DNA from: Octopus vulgaris
Taxonomy: Eukaryota
Assembly: GCA_951406725.2 (NCBI GenBank)
Contig: OX597822.1
Coordinates: 4,340,001 to 4,404,000, forward strand
Reading direction: 5' to 3'
Length of the DNA stretch: 64,000 bases
The notes below the pieces were generated by a model that was not told the DNA's origin, ran no database searches, and saw only the letters and a list, made by a program, of their open reading frames with translations. Positions 24,816-37,524 of the stretch are shown here, piece by piece (the first letter of the stretch is position 1; the number at the start of each line of letters is the position of its first letter). Both the position numbers and the translations under genes were made by a program.

Positions 24816-25249
24816 TAACATACAACAGATACAGATTGTTGTTTACTGGAAGTAGCCGCAGCACTGTAAAATATTGTTTGTTTTTTCAGCATCGTCTCTT
24901 CATATGTGAAGAGCATTAACAACTTATAAGATGAATGTATGGGCAGATGTTATGATGCTGAGCTATGTGAGCTGGCTGGATTGTATGCCATAGAAACACT
25001 AAATACAAAAACAGAACAGGAATGAAAGCCTTTCAGTCTCACACCACATTAGCAGTCACACATTGGTAAATAAGAAAAAGATTTAATTTGCACATTCAAA
25101 GAGTCAGGCCATCACCAACATAGCGTAAGTTGTTCCTTATATATGGAATTAAACTTACAGACTGACAAACATCAACCATTTGAAAGCTGAACGAAAGACA
25201 CATATACATAAATAAAGATTCTAAACTTCTTCACAGTATATAAAAGGGT

Positions 25250-26200
25250 TTACGTTGCCATATAAGTAGAACATCTATTTTATCGTGTAAAGTAGCATTA
25301 TCGTTAACAAAAATGGCCGGTTTAAATTGTTTAAAAATCAACTTCTTACACAAAGGTACGCAGCAGTGAAACAAACATAGAAAATGGAACATCATTTGGT
25401 TTAATCCACCCTTCATCAGAAATGTTAAATCAAATTTAGTTAAACATTTGTTAGCTAAAATTAAAACAAATGGTTATCAACCAGACAAAGTCTCTTAAAT
25501 TGCTAAATGAAGACGTCGAAAAGTGAGCTATAGCTGTAACTAGAAACATCAGCAACTTATTAATGAATAAACTTCGAAGGGCCACTAAGAACAATCTCAA
25601 CAGAACTTCAAGGCAGATATGTTCCCGTAATGAAAAGAATGTTTAACTAAAGAAATTGTCAATAAAGTTAAGGTAATATTTCGAGCAGAAGACAGGGAAA
25701 CAAAACAGAAACATTATATATTAATATGAGCGAAGGCAGTTTTAAAAGTCGTTTCTGTCAGTCATAAAGCATTTAGCAATGAAGATAAGAAGAAAACCAT
25801 TGCCTTCTCCAGATAGGTGCAACATATAAAATAACGAGGTATTGACCATTTCGATACCAACAAGTCAATCATCGTAAACAAGACGCTCTACTCATAATGA
25901 GCCAGTCGATGACAACTAAGCGGTGAAGAAAAATATCATATAATACGGCGATACTGTAAACAACAATACAGCGATAAGATAAAAATTAGCGTCAAGAAAA
26001 TCAATTCTACCTGACAAATTGCAGCAACGAAATGAAATCTAATTGACTTAGAGGACGCAAGCAAAGAGATCCAAACGGAAGTTTAAAGTGCGCCATCTTA
26101 CGGCATTAAAAGCCAACAATGATTTCGCTAATATCGAACAATTATTCCTTGTTATGTCATCTGACGAACACTTCTCCGGCGGTAAAATTGTAGTAATGGT
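25250..26200 (+). pseudogene. Penelope-like element remnant (RT C-terminus/linker and GIY-YIG endonuclease), with possible decayed HHR at 26157-26200
   Basis: RKWNIIWFNPPFIRNVKSNL and VIFRAE...YINMSEGSFKSRF are typical of the PLE linker and GIY-YIG regions; many stops; downstream TCAT-CTGACGA...AAAATTGTAGTA-ATGG. Confidence 0.72.
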
Positions 26201-26538
26201 AAAGGAGTCAACTTTAGCAATAATGCATATATATATGTGTATGTATATTTTTATATGTATGTATGTATGAATATAGACATCTGTGTATGCATCTATAGTG
26301 TGCGTGTGTGGTGCGTGTGTGTGTGTGTCTGTGTGTGTCTGTGTGTGTGTGTAAACAGTGAAAGATAAGACGCGAACACACACAAACATATGTGTATATA
26401 TTGAGGGAAAGAGAAAACACCATACAAGCCGAAGTATATGTGTGCATATATGTACGCATATGTGTGTGTATTTATCTTTGTGCATGCGTATTTATAAATG
26501 TATATACATACATATTATATACATATATGCGTGTGTAT

Positions 26539-26614
<76 letters not shown>

Positions 26615-27153
26615 ATACTTATGTATGTATATATTTATATACTTATATACATATGCTGTATATGCTCACACATTTGTACGCGTGTTTGTGTGTGTGTGTA
26701 TGTATGTGTGTGTGCGTGCGTGTGTGAGTGTGTGTAAAAGAGAGAGAGAGAGGAGGGAGGAAGAGAGAGAGAGGTGGTATAAAAAAGAAAGTCCATTAAA
26801 GATCTATTCAAGCCGACAAAATAAAGAAATGGCAGATAACTACTGGTTTCTTCTCGTACTGAATCGACACATCATTAGATGAGATGTTCATAGCTGACAG
26901 CTAATTAGCAAACCTATTATAACGTCTCAGACATGGCACAAAAGCTTTACTTGTCCGGATTAACTTAATATCGTCGAAGAACATGACCAAGCGGTACATT
27001 TCTTTTAATATAGCAAGTAATTCTTCTTTTGTTAAGAAGAAAAGAAACCGTCTTCATGTATATCTGTCTGTGTGAATGTATGTGTTTGTGTATATGTGTC
27101 TGTATGTATATGTATATATGTGTGTGTGTGTGAGTGTATAATCGTATATATAT

Positions 27154-27273
<120 letters not shown>

Positions 27274-27287
27274 TAATACACTCATGC

Positions 27288-27333
<46 letters not shown>

Positions 27334-27502
27334 TGTCGCTGTTGTTTTTGTTTTTTGTTTAGCCACAAACCACCTCCGATCAAATGGATCCATGATCAAT
27401 TTCAAAAGGCATTCCATCCGTGACCATCCAGTTTTTCCCGTTTTCCATGCACTTTTATCAAGCTTTACATTATCCGGTATGCCATTTTTTAACAGCGTAG
27501 TG

Positions 27503-27803
27503 TGATTTCGAAAACTGTTATTTCTAGTAAATCGAATGACCACCTATGTTTTTTTTTTTTATTTGGCTCATGGGTATATAAATGTTTTTTTTTATGTATG
27601 TCTGTATTGTGTGACTTCGAGAGAGAGAATTCGCTGCTATTTCTAGCAAATTGAACGACCACCTATAGGTGTCTTCGTTGGCTCGTGTCTATGTAAATGT
27701 GCTTTGTACTTTCGTGTGTTTACGTGTGTGAATGTGTGGCTCCCGGGTGTAGGTGTGTCTGAGTGCGCGAGGTTAACATGGGTATTCAAGAGTGAAATGT
27801 AAA
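27503..27803 (-). repeat. ~300-bp inverted duplication, arm 2
   Basis: Reverse complement of 23917-24215. Confidence 0.9.
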
Positions 27804-28075
27804 CTCTGTGTAAAGGACACAATTTAAATATCTCCATTCTATTGTTTGTTAGTTTGTTTACTTAGTTATAATTGAATCAAAGAGAAGAGGAACAGTGCTG
27901 ATAGCCAATTGCAGGTCTCTTCAGACTGTTGAAATTGATTTCCTTCATTGATTTTCATCTTAAACATCTGTACATCAATATCTGTCGATCAATGTTTGCC
28001 GATGTCTATAAGCGTTGGTAACCAATGATCTCGTCTGAGTCGCACATAACTTCAACCCTTGCTGAAAGATACCTA

Positions 28076-28460
28076 TTTCTTTACTGCCCACAAGGGGCTA
28101 AACACAGAGAGGACAAACAAGGACAGACAAACGGATTAAGTCGATTACATCGATCTCCAGTGCGTAACTGGTACTTATTTAATCGACCCCGAAGGGATGA
28201 AAGGTAGAGTCGACCTCGGCGGAATTTGAACTCAATACCTAGCGACATACGAAATACCTATTTCTTTACTACCCACAAGGGGCTAAACACAGAGGGGACA
28301 AACAACGACAGACAAACGGATTAAGTCGATTATATCGACCCCAGTGCGTAACTGGTACTTAATTTATCGACCCCAAAGGGATGAAAGGCAAAGTCGACCT
28401 CGGCGGAATTTGAACTCAGAACGTAGCGGCAGACGAAATACCGCACGCCGCCATCTGCTC
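28076..28460 (-). mobile_element. SINE family A, dimeric, 11-bp TSD
   Basis: Two body and tail units; AAAGATACCTA at 28065-28075 and 28461-28471. Confidence 0.88.
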
Positions 28461-28659
28461 AAAGATACCTAACGAACAATCGTTGTTGTCATTGCAGCTG
28501 CGGTTGCTGTTACTGTTATTGGTGAAATAGTTCTGTGGTTCTCAATCTGGGTCCATTTGGCCCTTGGGAGAGTCCATGTAAGATTTTGCTGTCAAAATTT
28601 ATGTGCAATATACAAAATGGTTTTAACCAAGTTCTAATAATATTTAATCAGGAAAATAT

Positions 28660-28872
28660 AATACTCTTTTACTCTTTTTACTTGTTTCAGTTATTTGACT
28701 GCGGCCATGCTGGAGCACCGCCTTTAGTCGAGCAAATCGACCCCAGGACTTATCCTTTGTAAGCCTAGTACTTATTTTATCGGTCTCTTTTGCCGAACCG
28801 GTAAGTTACGGGGACGTAAACACACCAGCATCGGTTGACAAGTGATGTTGGGAGTGGGACAAACACAGACAC

Positions 28873-28953
<81 letters not shown>

Positions 28954-29355
28954 TATATGACCTCGTGTGTACCGTTGGCGAAATTTTTTCCTCTGTCTTC
29001 CCTTCTCTGGATCTTTCCTTCTCCTATGTTTCCGACGAAGAGTTCCGCTCGAAACGTTAAACCCTCCTTCTTTCCTTCTTTCCTGAGCGTCCAATAATAC
29101 TATATTTGTTCCACGTCCTCGCGTTGTTGTGTTTTTTTGTGTTTTCTTGTTTGGATTAACTGTATATACATATATATATATATATATATACGACGGGCTT
29201 CTTTCAGTTTCCGTCTGCCAAATCCATTCACAAGGTTTTGGTCGGCCCGAGGCTATAGTAGAAGACACTTGCCCATGGTGACACGCAGTGGGACTGAACC
29301 AGGAGCCATGTGGTTCGTAAGCGAGCTACTTACCAGACAGCCACTCCTACGCCTA
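28660..29355 (-). mobile_element. SINE family B with a nested HHR cassette in its (TA)n
   Basis: Both halves match the 2341-2820 family; interrupted at 28959-29162. Confidence 0.9.
28959..29162 (+). mobile_element. ~205-bp cassette with minimal HHR (29028-29062), Penelope pLTR-like, within (TA)n
   Basis: GTTT-CCGACGA-A-GAGT(TCC)GCTC-GAAA-CGTT-AAAC; homologous to 53861-54070 in opposite orientation. Confidence 0.75.
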
Positions 29356-29366
29356 AAATGTGTGAC

Positions 29367-29484
29367 GCTTACAGCACCTAGGTTTCCGAAGCGGTCACCC
29401 ATCTAAGTACTGACTAGGCTCGACGTTGCTTAACTTCGGTGATCAGACGAGAACTGGTGCTTTCAGCGTGATATGGCCGTAATA
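29367..29484 (-). rRNA. 5S rRNA copy, probably a dispersed pseudogene
   Basis: Reverse complement TTACGGCCATATCACGCTGAAAGCACCAGTTCTCGTCTGATCACCGAAGTTAAGCAACGTCGAGCCTAGTCAGTACTTAGATGGGTGACCGCTTCGGAAACCTAGGTGCTGTAAGC is a ~118-nt metazoan 5S sequence with A- and C-box; the first two bases no longer pair with the 3' end. Confidence 0.92.
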
Positions 29485-30256
29485 TTGAATGGTTAGGAGG
29501 GTCGATCCGAGTAAAATCGGATCATTATGTAACATAAAACGGTTGAGAAACACTGATATAGAGAGAAATTGTGTCTGAGGGAGAGACGAGAAGTAAGGTG
29601 AGAAATCAAGAAAGAAAAGGAGTGATGAACCAAGAGAGGGGGGTGAGGTGCGAATCGAGAGAGAGAGAAAGAGGGGAAAGAAAACCGAGAAAGAGATAGG
29701 GTGACATGTCAAATGAGAAGGGAGTAGGCTAAGATTAGAGAGAGGAAAAGAGAGAAAAGCAAAAAGAAATAGAGGGAGTGGCAGATCAAGTGAGAAAGAA
29801 GGTAAACTGAGGAATATAAAGAAAGAAAGAGGGAATAAGAAACCAAGGAACAATGAAAGAGAAGAACAAAGAGGGTGTTTAAACCTGAGATTAGCACTAA
29901 CGGGTAAGAGCCATACCAAAAGGCGTTCAAGCCGTCTCTATCAGGAGCAGCAATCCAGAAATCCCGGGTTCGATCCCACAGCATGACATCTTAAGCAAAT
30001 GTCATTTTCGATAAAATTTTGGATCGACTTATCCTTTTGGGATAAACTAGGTTGACAGAAACTGTACGGAAGCTGTCCGATGGATTTTTTCCGCCCATAC
30101 GGTTAAGTAGTTCTCTTCATAATTACGTTGTCTCGGCTTCCATCTTGCTGCGCGATATCTTGAGCCGGTCGACCGATTCCTTGTGTGTGGAATTTGGTAG
30201 GTGGAAACTATAGAAGCTTTGTGTGTGTATGTGCGCACGCGCACTATGGCCGAATG

Positions 30257-30362
30257 GTTAAGTACCAGTTACGCACTGGGGTCGATGTAATCGACTTAAT
30301 ACCTATGTCTGTCCTTGTTTGTCCCCTCTATGTTTAGCCCCTTGTGGGTAATAAAGAAATAG
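30257..30362 (+). mobile_element. 5'-truncated SINE A 3' end inserted into the A-box region of another tRNA-SINE head
   Basis: GGCCGAATGGTTAAG-[SINE A body and tail]-GGTTAAGT...GGGTTTGATCCC; GGTTAAGT duplicated. Confidence 0.7.
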
Positions 30363-31084
30363 GTTAAGTTAATTTCATAAACACAAGGTCCCGGGTTTGA
30401 TCCCACCTCATGGCATCTTGAAAACGTATCATTTTCTTCGGCGATGGGTCGAGCAATTCTTTGTGAGCGCAACTGAGTTGATGGAAACAGAGCAGAAGCC
30501 TGGCTGATGGATTGCACCGATAATTCAAATGCTGTGTCACACCGATTCCAACAGAGAATAACGTTGGGATTACATGTGTCTGAGGAATATTCGGCCAATT
30601 ATACGTTCATTCCCTTAATTCAGTCCGGAGCCTGGTAGCTAAGTCGATCGATCTCCTGGACGCTCAGGGCCGTAAATTTGTTTTATTTACTGCCAGTGTC
30701 ACCAATTACTTTCCTTGCACTAGGCTATTGTATATTGCCATAATAATCTCTCTATCTCTCTCCTCCACCTCATTTCTCTCTGCATAAATTTGTGGGTGGA
30801 TGTGTGGGTGGGTGCACGTGTGGTCCAATGTTTATTTCAAACCATCCCGCACCTTCACCAAACTATTACCTTTACATTCCATCCATCTGAGGGGTTGATC
30901 GGATCCACCAGCTATTGTAACGCTGGTATACACCTTCATACGGTTAACGGAGAATTCTTCTTCAATCCATGGGAAGTTATATTCAAAGGATGAAGGAAGT
31001 GGGTTGCACGAGATATTAATAGAATGGAGAGACAGAGACAGAGAGAGGAAGAAAGAAGAGAAAATAAAAGTAAATTCTTTTTTG

Positions 31085-31476
31085 CTCTGGGTACAGGGCC
31101 CGAAATTTTGGGGGAGGTGTGGCCAGTCGATTTGATCAACCCCAGTATGCAACTGGTACTTAATTTATCGAGTCCGAAAGGATGAAAGGCAAAGTCGACC
31201 TCGGCGGAATTTGAACTCAGGACGTAAAGACAGACGAAATACCTATTTCTTTACTACCCACAAGGGGCTACACACAGAGAAGACAAACAAGGACAGACAA
31301 GCGGATTAAGTCGATTACATCGACCCCAGTGCGTAACTGGTACTTATTTAATCGACCCCGAAAGGATGAAAGACAAAGTCGACCTCGGCGGAATTTGAAC
31401 TCAGAACGTATCAGCAGACGAAATTTCGCTAAGCATTTCGCCCGGCGTACTAACGATTCTGCCAGATCGCTGCCTT
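31085..31476 (-). mobile_element. SINE family A dimer (Tx1-type tail unit followed by alternative-tail unit)
   Basis: Junction GACGAAATACCTATTTCTTT at ~31233-31252, same as the other dimers. Confidence 0.85.
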
Positions 31477-31762
31477 AGAAAACAGAAGACGGAGAGTTGA
31501 TGAGGGAGAGAGAGGCAGGGGAGAGACTTGGTAACTGAGAAAGAGAAGGTAAACAGAATAAAGAAAAAGGAAAGAGTAAGAGATAATCTGACAGAGAAAC
31601 AAAAAGAGAGAGAGAGAGAGAAAGCAAGAAAAGAGGGGAAGATAAACTGATATGGAAAGTAAGGGGGAGAGGGAGAGAGTGAGATAGAGACAAACATATT
31701 AGACTGAGGCATACTGAGAAAGAAGGAAAATGAGGAAACCGGAAGGAATGAAGTGTACAAGT

Positions 31763-31841
31763 AGAGAAAGAAAGAAAGAACGAAAGAAAGAAAGAATGGA
31801 AGAAAGAAGGGAAGAAAGAAGGGAAGAAAGAAGGGAAGAAA

Positions 31842-31934
<93 letters not shown>

Positions 31935-31973
31935 CAAGAAGGGAAGAAAGAAGGAAAGAAGGAAAGAAAGATA

Positions 31974-32047
<74 letters not shown>

Positions 32048-32061
32048 AGGGAAGAAAGAAG

Positions 32062-32095
<34 letters not shown>

Positions 32096-32150
32096 AGGGA
32101 AGAAGGAAGGGAAGAAAGGAAGAAAGGAAGAAAGAAAGAAAGAAAGAAGA

Positions 32151-32199
<49 letters not shown>

Positions 32200-32209
32200 A
32201 GGGAAGAAA

Positions 32210-32251
<42 letters not shown>

Positions 32252-32268
32252 AGGAAGAAAGAAGGAAA

Positions 32269-32312
<44 letters not shown>

Positions 32313-32321
32313 AGGAAGAAA

Positions 32322-32362
<41 letters not shown>

Positions 32363-32370
32363 AGGGAAAA

Positions 32371-32402
<32 letters not shown>

Positions 32403-32416
32403 AGGGAAGAAAGAAA

Positions 32417-32468
<52 letters not shown>

Positions 32469-32502
32469 AAAAAAGAAGGGAAGAAAGAAGGGAAGAACGG
32501 AA

Positions 32503-32552
<50 letters not shown>

Positions 32553-32554
32553 AA

Positions 32555-32594
<40 letters not shown>

Positions 32595-32601
32595 AGGAAT
32601 A

Positions 32602-32661
<60 letters not shown>

Positions 32662-32662
32662 A

Positions 32663-32712
<50 letters not shown>

Positions 32713-32724
32713 AGGAATAAAGAA

Positions 32725-32769
<45 letters not shown>

Positions 32770-32780
32770 GGAATAAAGAA

Positions 32781-32826
<46 letters not shown>

Positions 32827-32889
32827 AGGGAATAAAGAAGGGAAGAAAGAAAAAGAAAGAAAGAAAGAAAGAAAGAAGGGAATAAAGAA

Positions 32890-32939
<50 letters not shown>

Positions 32940-33000
32940 AGGAATAAAGAAGGGAAGAAAGAAAAAGAAAGAAAGAAGGAAAGAAAGAAGGAATAAAGAA

Positions 33001-33042
<42 letters not shown>

Positions 33043-33055
33043 AGGGAATAAAGAA

Positions 33056-33109
<54 letters not shown>

Positions 33110-33150
33110 AGGAAGAAAGGAAGAAAGAAAGAAAGAAAGAAAGAAAGGGA
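31763..33150. repeat. ~1.4-kb (AAAG)n polypurine compound microsatellite
   Basis: Almost pure A/G strand with GAAGGGAAG and GGAATAAAG variants. Confidence 0.97.
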
Positions 33151-33699
33151 ACAAGCAAAAGAAAAAAGGATCAAATTGGGGGAGGGAGGGAGTGAAAAAT
33201 GGAAAGACGGAGATAGTAAGAAAGAAAGCAAGATGGAACTAGAAGAGTGAAGATGAAGAGATGGGCAACCGATGAGTTGAAGAAATGGTGGGAGGCGGGA
33301 TATTTGTAAACTTCTTCCATTCTTTTACTCAGTAACCTAAATTCGTATGACGAAATAATAATAATAAAAATGTAAAAATATTATTATCCTTTTTCCTTCA
33401 GGCGGTGAAGAATTGTTGGCAAACCGGGCAAAATACTTAGCGGCATTTCGTCCGTCTTTATGCTCTGAGTTCAAATTCCACCGAGATCGACTTTGCCGTT
33501 CATCCTTCGATGAAATAAGTACCACTCAAGCACTGGGATCCAGGTAATTGACTGTCCCCTTCTCCAAAAATGTCGGTCCTTGTACCTACAGCAGAGAGGT
33601 TTATTGTCTTTTCTTCTATGGGCACAAGGCCCGAAATTTAGGGGCGGGAGATAGTCGATTACATCGATGCCAGTGCATAACTGGTACTTATGTCCTCAA

Positions 33700-34202
33700 C
33701 CCCTTCGGTATTTTCCATCGAGGACGGCTATAGAGCCAGAAATGCGCGTCTGAAAATCCGCAAGAGGAATGCACTGCGTATAGATATAAGAGGGAATTTT
33801 TCTCCACGGTAACTGCAGTGAATCTGCCTTTAAAAGTTAAAATTATGTCACAAACATCCTTTAACCAACCTAAAGTTCGTCTATTCTTTATCTCTGCATG
33901 GCAATGGTGCTGCTATTTCGATTCTGACCGAGTGCACCTCAGTCATTGTTGATTGTCTTTAGCTAATGCTGTGGCTTTGAATCTGCTCACGGTTATCTCC
34001 CTTCGATATTTCCCATTGAGGAACGGAAGAGAGCCAGAAATGCGCGTCTTGGAATACGCTAGAAGGAGGCACTAGACAGTTACGGTGTTTCTACACCTTT
34101 TACCATAAAAGAGTATTTTCCCCATGGTAACTACTACAGTAAATTTACTTTTAGAAGATAAAATGTCACAAACATATTTTAACTAACCTAACGTTCGTTT
34201 GC

Positions 34203-34203
<1 letters not shown>
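33700..34203. repeat. Two diverged ~190-bp direct repeats (~33700-33885 and ~33999-34203) followed by (GTA)n
   Basis: Shared CCCTTCG.TATTT, AGAGCCAGAAATGCGCGTCT and ATGTCACAAACAT...AACCTAA.GTTCGT blocks. Confidence 0.75.
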
Positions 34204-34247
<44 letters not shown>

Positions 34248-34551
34248 CAGTAGTAAGAGAAGTTGACTTCAATAGAGAAAAGTTGTAAGCAGGTGGTAGA
34301 CTCAGTTCAATGGGTGTATATTTATTCTATGTCTACGACATCTGTCATCAATATGAAACAAGATTTGCGTATATTATACATAAGTGTGGGTGTTCTGTGT
34401 GCATATAGTTTTGCAAATTTATTTACGTATATTTATATAAGTACGTACATATTTATTTTGCAAAATTTATCCATTTGTATTAATATTTCATGTACTGACT
34501 TTGCTTCAGTCTTCGTTTTCTGTTATATATGTGCGTATGCATGTGCGTGTT

Positions 34552-34608
<57 letters not shown>

Positions 34609-34634
34609 CTATGTATACATATATATATATATAT

Positions 34635-34705
<71 letters not shown>

Positions 34706-35127
34706 TCTAAGAGTCAAGGTGTATGAAGTTAGTAAACTCCGAGCTGTCCGTAAAAGATATAAAAAATAACTTTCAGGGACAATAGTGGCTTATTTATATT
34801 GGAGGTTGTCAATTTTTCTCATATCAAAATTCCATAAGCTGAAAAAGAAGTTTTGTGGTTCACGATTTGCAACTGGGGTTAGTGTGTATGCGAATGAAAG
34901 TCTAAATGGGGTAGATCAAATTTAGGATACATGTTTTCTAGCTGGCAGAACCTCGGAAGTAAGGGTACTTCATTAGTTATTCATCACTAGCCGGATGTGT
35001 AGCTAACGGATTACCCCGCGTTAGGGTAGTTACTGCTTTCGAGGTTCTGCTTGCTAGGAAACATATGTAGCCCAGATTATATCTACCCCATTCCCTAAAT
35101 TTGGACTTTTATATATATATATATATA

Positions 35128-35328
35128 TATTCTTTTACTTGCTTCAGTCATTTGACTGTGGTCATGCTGGAGCACCGCCTTTAGACTATCGAGCAAATCG
35201 ACCCCAGGACTTATTCTTTGTACGCCTAGTAATTATTCTATCGGTCAATTTTGCCGAACGGGGACGTAAACACACCAGCATCGGTTGTCAAGCGATGTTG
35301 GGGGGACAAACACAGACACACAAACATG

Positions 35329-35402
<74 letters not shown>

Positions 35403-35562
35403 TATATACGACGGGCTTCTTTCAGTTTCCGTCTACCAAATCCACTCACAAGGCTTTGGTCGGCCCGAGGCTATAGTAGAAGACACTTGCCCAAGGTGCC
35501 ACGCAGTGGGACTGAACCCGGAACCATGTGGTTGGTAAGCTAGCTACTTACCACACAGCCAC
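35128..35562 (-). mobile_element. SINE family B
   Basis: Homologous to 2341-2820. Confidence 0.9.
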
Positions 35563-36162
35563 TGGTATGGCCCTTATAAATAAGATGAAAATTATTATTT
35601 TGGCAAAATCATTAGAGCGTCAGACGAAATGCCTTGCGGCACTTAGATATCTCTTCTGGCCAAGGTGCACTGAGTTCAAATGCTGCTGAGCTCAGCTTTG
35701 CTTTCCTCCACTCAATTAAACGGAGTTCTAGTCAAGAGCCAAGCTCGATGTAACCGACTGATCTAAAAAAAAACTCAAAGTCCTGGAGTGAATCGCTGGA
35801 AAATGCATACACACATAGTTTATCCTTTCTCTTACCTGTCATGAGATGCAATATTGATTTTACCTGTTGACAGACGACACTAAACTAACTAGGCTAATTC
35901 GGTTCTCGCACTATTTTTGTAATACCATATAATTAATTTGTAATACCATATAATTAAACAGTAACATAGTAGCGTCGGGCATGAAAGAGATCTTGTAATC
36001 TGAGCTCGTAAAGCAGTTTGGATTAGGGTTCTACACATGAAATCATTTCATCACTCTCCTATTATTTTGCTAATGAACTTTCTACCAATCTCATTTGTCT
36101 CCCTTTATAAATGTTGTGACATGCCTGTATAAAATAAACCAATTTTATCACTTAATAAAGGT

Positions 36163-36600
36163 TGAGAGCTGGCAGAATCGTTAACACACCGGGCGAAATG
36201 CGTAGCCGTATTTCATCTGCCGTTGCGTTCTGAGTTCAAATTCCGCCGAGGACGATTTTGCCTTTCATCCCTTCGGAGTCGATAAATTAAGTACCAGTTA
36301 CGCACTGGGGTCGATATAATCGACTTAATCCGTTTGTCTGTCCTTGTTTGTCCTCTCTGTGTTTAGCCCCTTGTGGGTAGTAAAGAAATAGAATCGTTAG
36401 CACAGCGGGCAAAATGCTTTGCGGCATTTTGTCCATCTTTACGATCTGAGATCAAATTCAATTCTGCCGAGTTTGATTTGCTATTCGTCCTTTCAGGGTT
36501 GATAAACCAAGTACCAGTTGAGCACTGGGGTCGATGTAATCAACTAACACCTTACCCCGAAATTGCTGACTTAATGCCGAAATTTAACATCAATATTATC
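36163..36600 (+). mobile_element. SINE family A followed by a second, older family A copy
   Basis: Tail AAAGAAATAG joined directly to AATCGTTAGCAC of a second head at ~36390. Confidence 0.82.
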
Positions 36601-37524
36601 ACTTAATTTTCGGTTATTGTAAGCCGAGGGAACGACACAGTTTCGAATTTGAGTTGTTGTTATTTTTTTTATATACTTTACTCAAAAAGGAAGGCAATGC
36701 TCATGGCCTCTTTGCAGAGCCACCGAAACTGTTAAGAGAGAAGTATGGGAGTATCTTCAAATCGGGGACCTGGCCTGGATTCTTGCAACAGAGTGGACTC
36801 CGCTAAAGACACCCAAAGTACCAGACGGTTAGTAGTTAAACCATATTACGGATTAAGTCTACCACTCGAGAAGCTATGGAAGGATTTGAACTCAGATCTC
36901 AAAATACTGGAGCAAATATTCTAAGGTATCCGATTCAACGTTCTAATGTTTTTGCTAACTAACTTGATTGCTATTGTTTATAGATCCCAGAAGGGTAAAA
37001 GGTAAAGTTGACCTCTGATAGATTCGAACCTGGAGCGCAGTAAGTCGGAATATATCAGATGTTCTAACGGCTCTTCCAATTACTCCATCCCCATCTCAAT
37101 CTCAGCCCTTCTCTTTTTATTTCTATGACTACACTATCCAATGGGTTTTGTCCTTTTTAAAACAGCAGCGTGTGAATTGGGGAGATTTTGTTATTATTTC
37201 TCGGAGCCCGCTCAACCAGAAATCTCCAAGAAATCTCACTTCGCTTAAATACATACATATATATATGTATGTGTGTGTGTGTGTATTGAACTTCTGCACA
37301 GCTCTATCAGCCAAATTGAACTTTCAAACTCACATAGTATTAGTTAACCCAAGGATATAAAAAAATCACTTGCCCAAAATGCCTCGTAGCGCGATTGAAC
37401 ACTGAAAATACGCGGGAATGAAAGGAACTTCTTAACCACCGAGCCACACCGCGCATATTTTCGTGGTTTCTCTTCTACCGCGCTTGTCACTGTCAAAGAT
37501 AAATATCAACACCATTGGCTAGAT

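Noticed and set aside
31401-33231. 500-585 aa Phe/Leu/Ser-rich and KER-rich ORFs
   Set aside because: Translations of (CTTT)n/(AAAG)n, which lacks stop codons in these frames.
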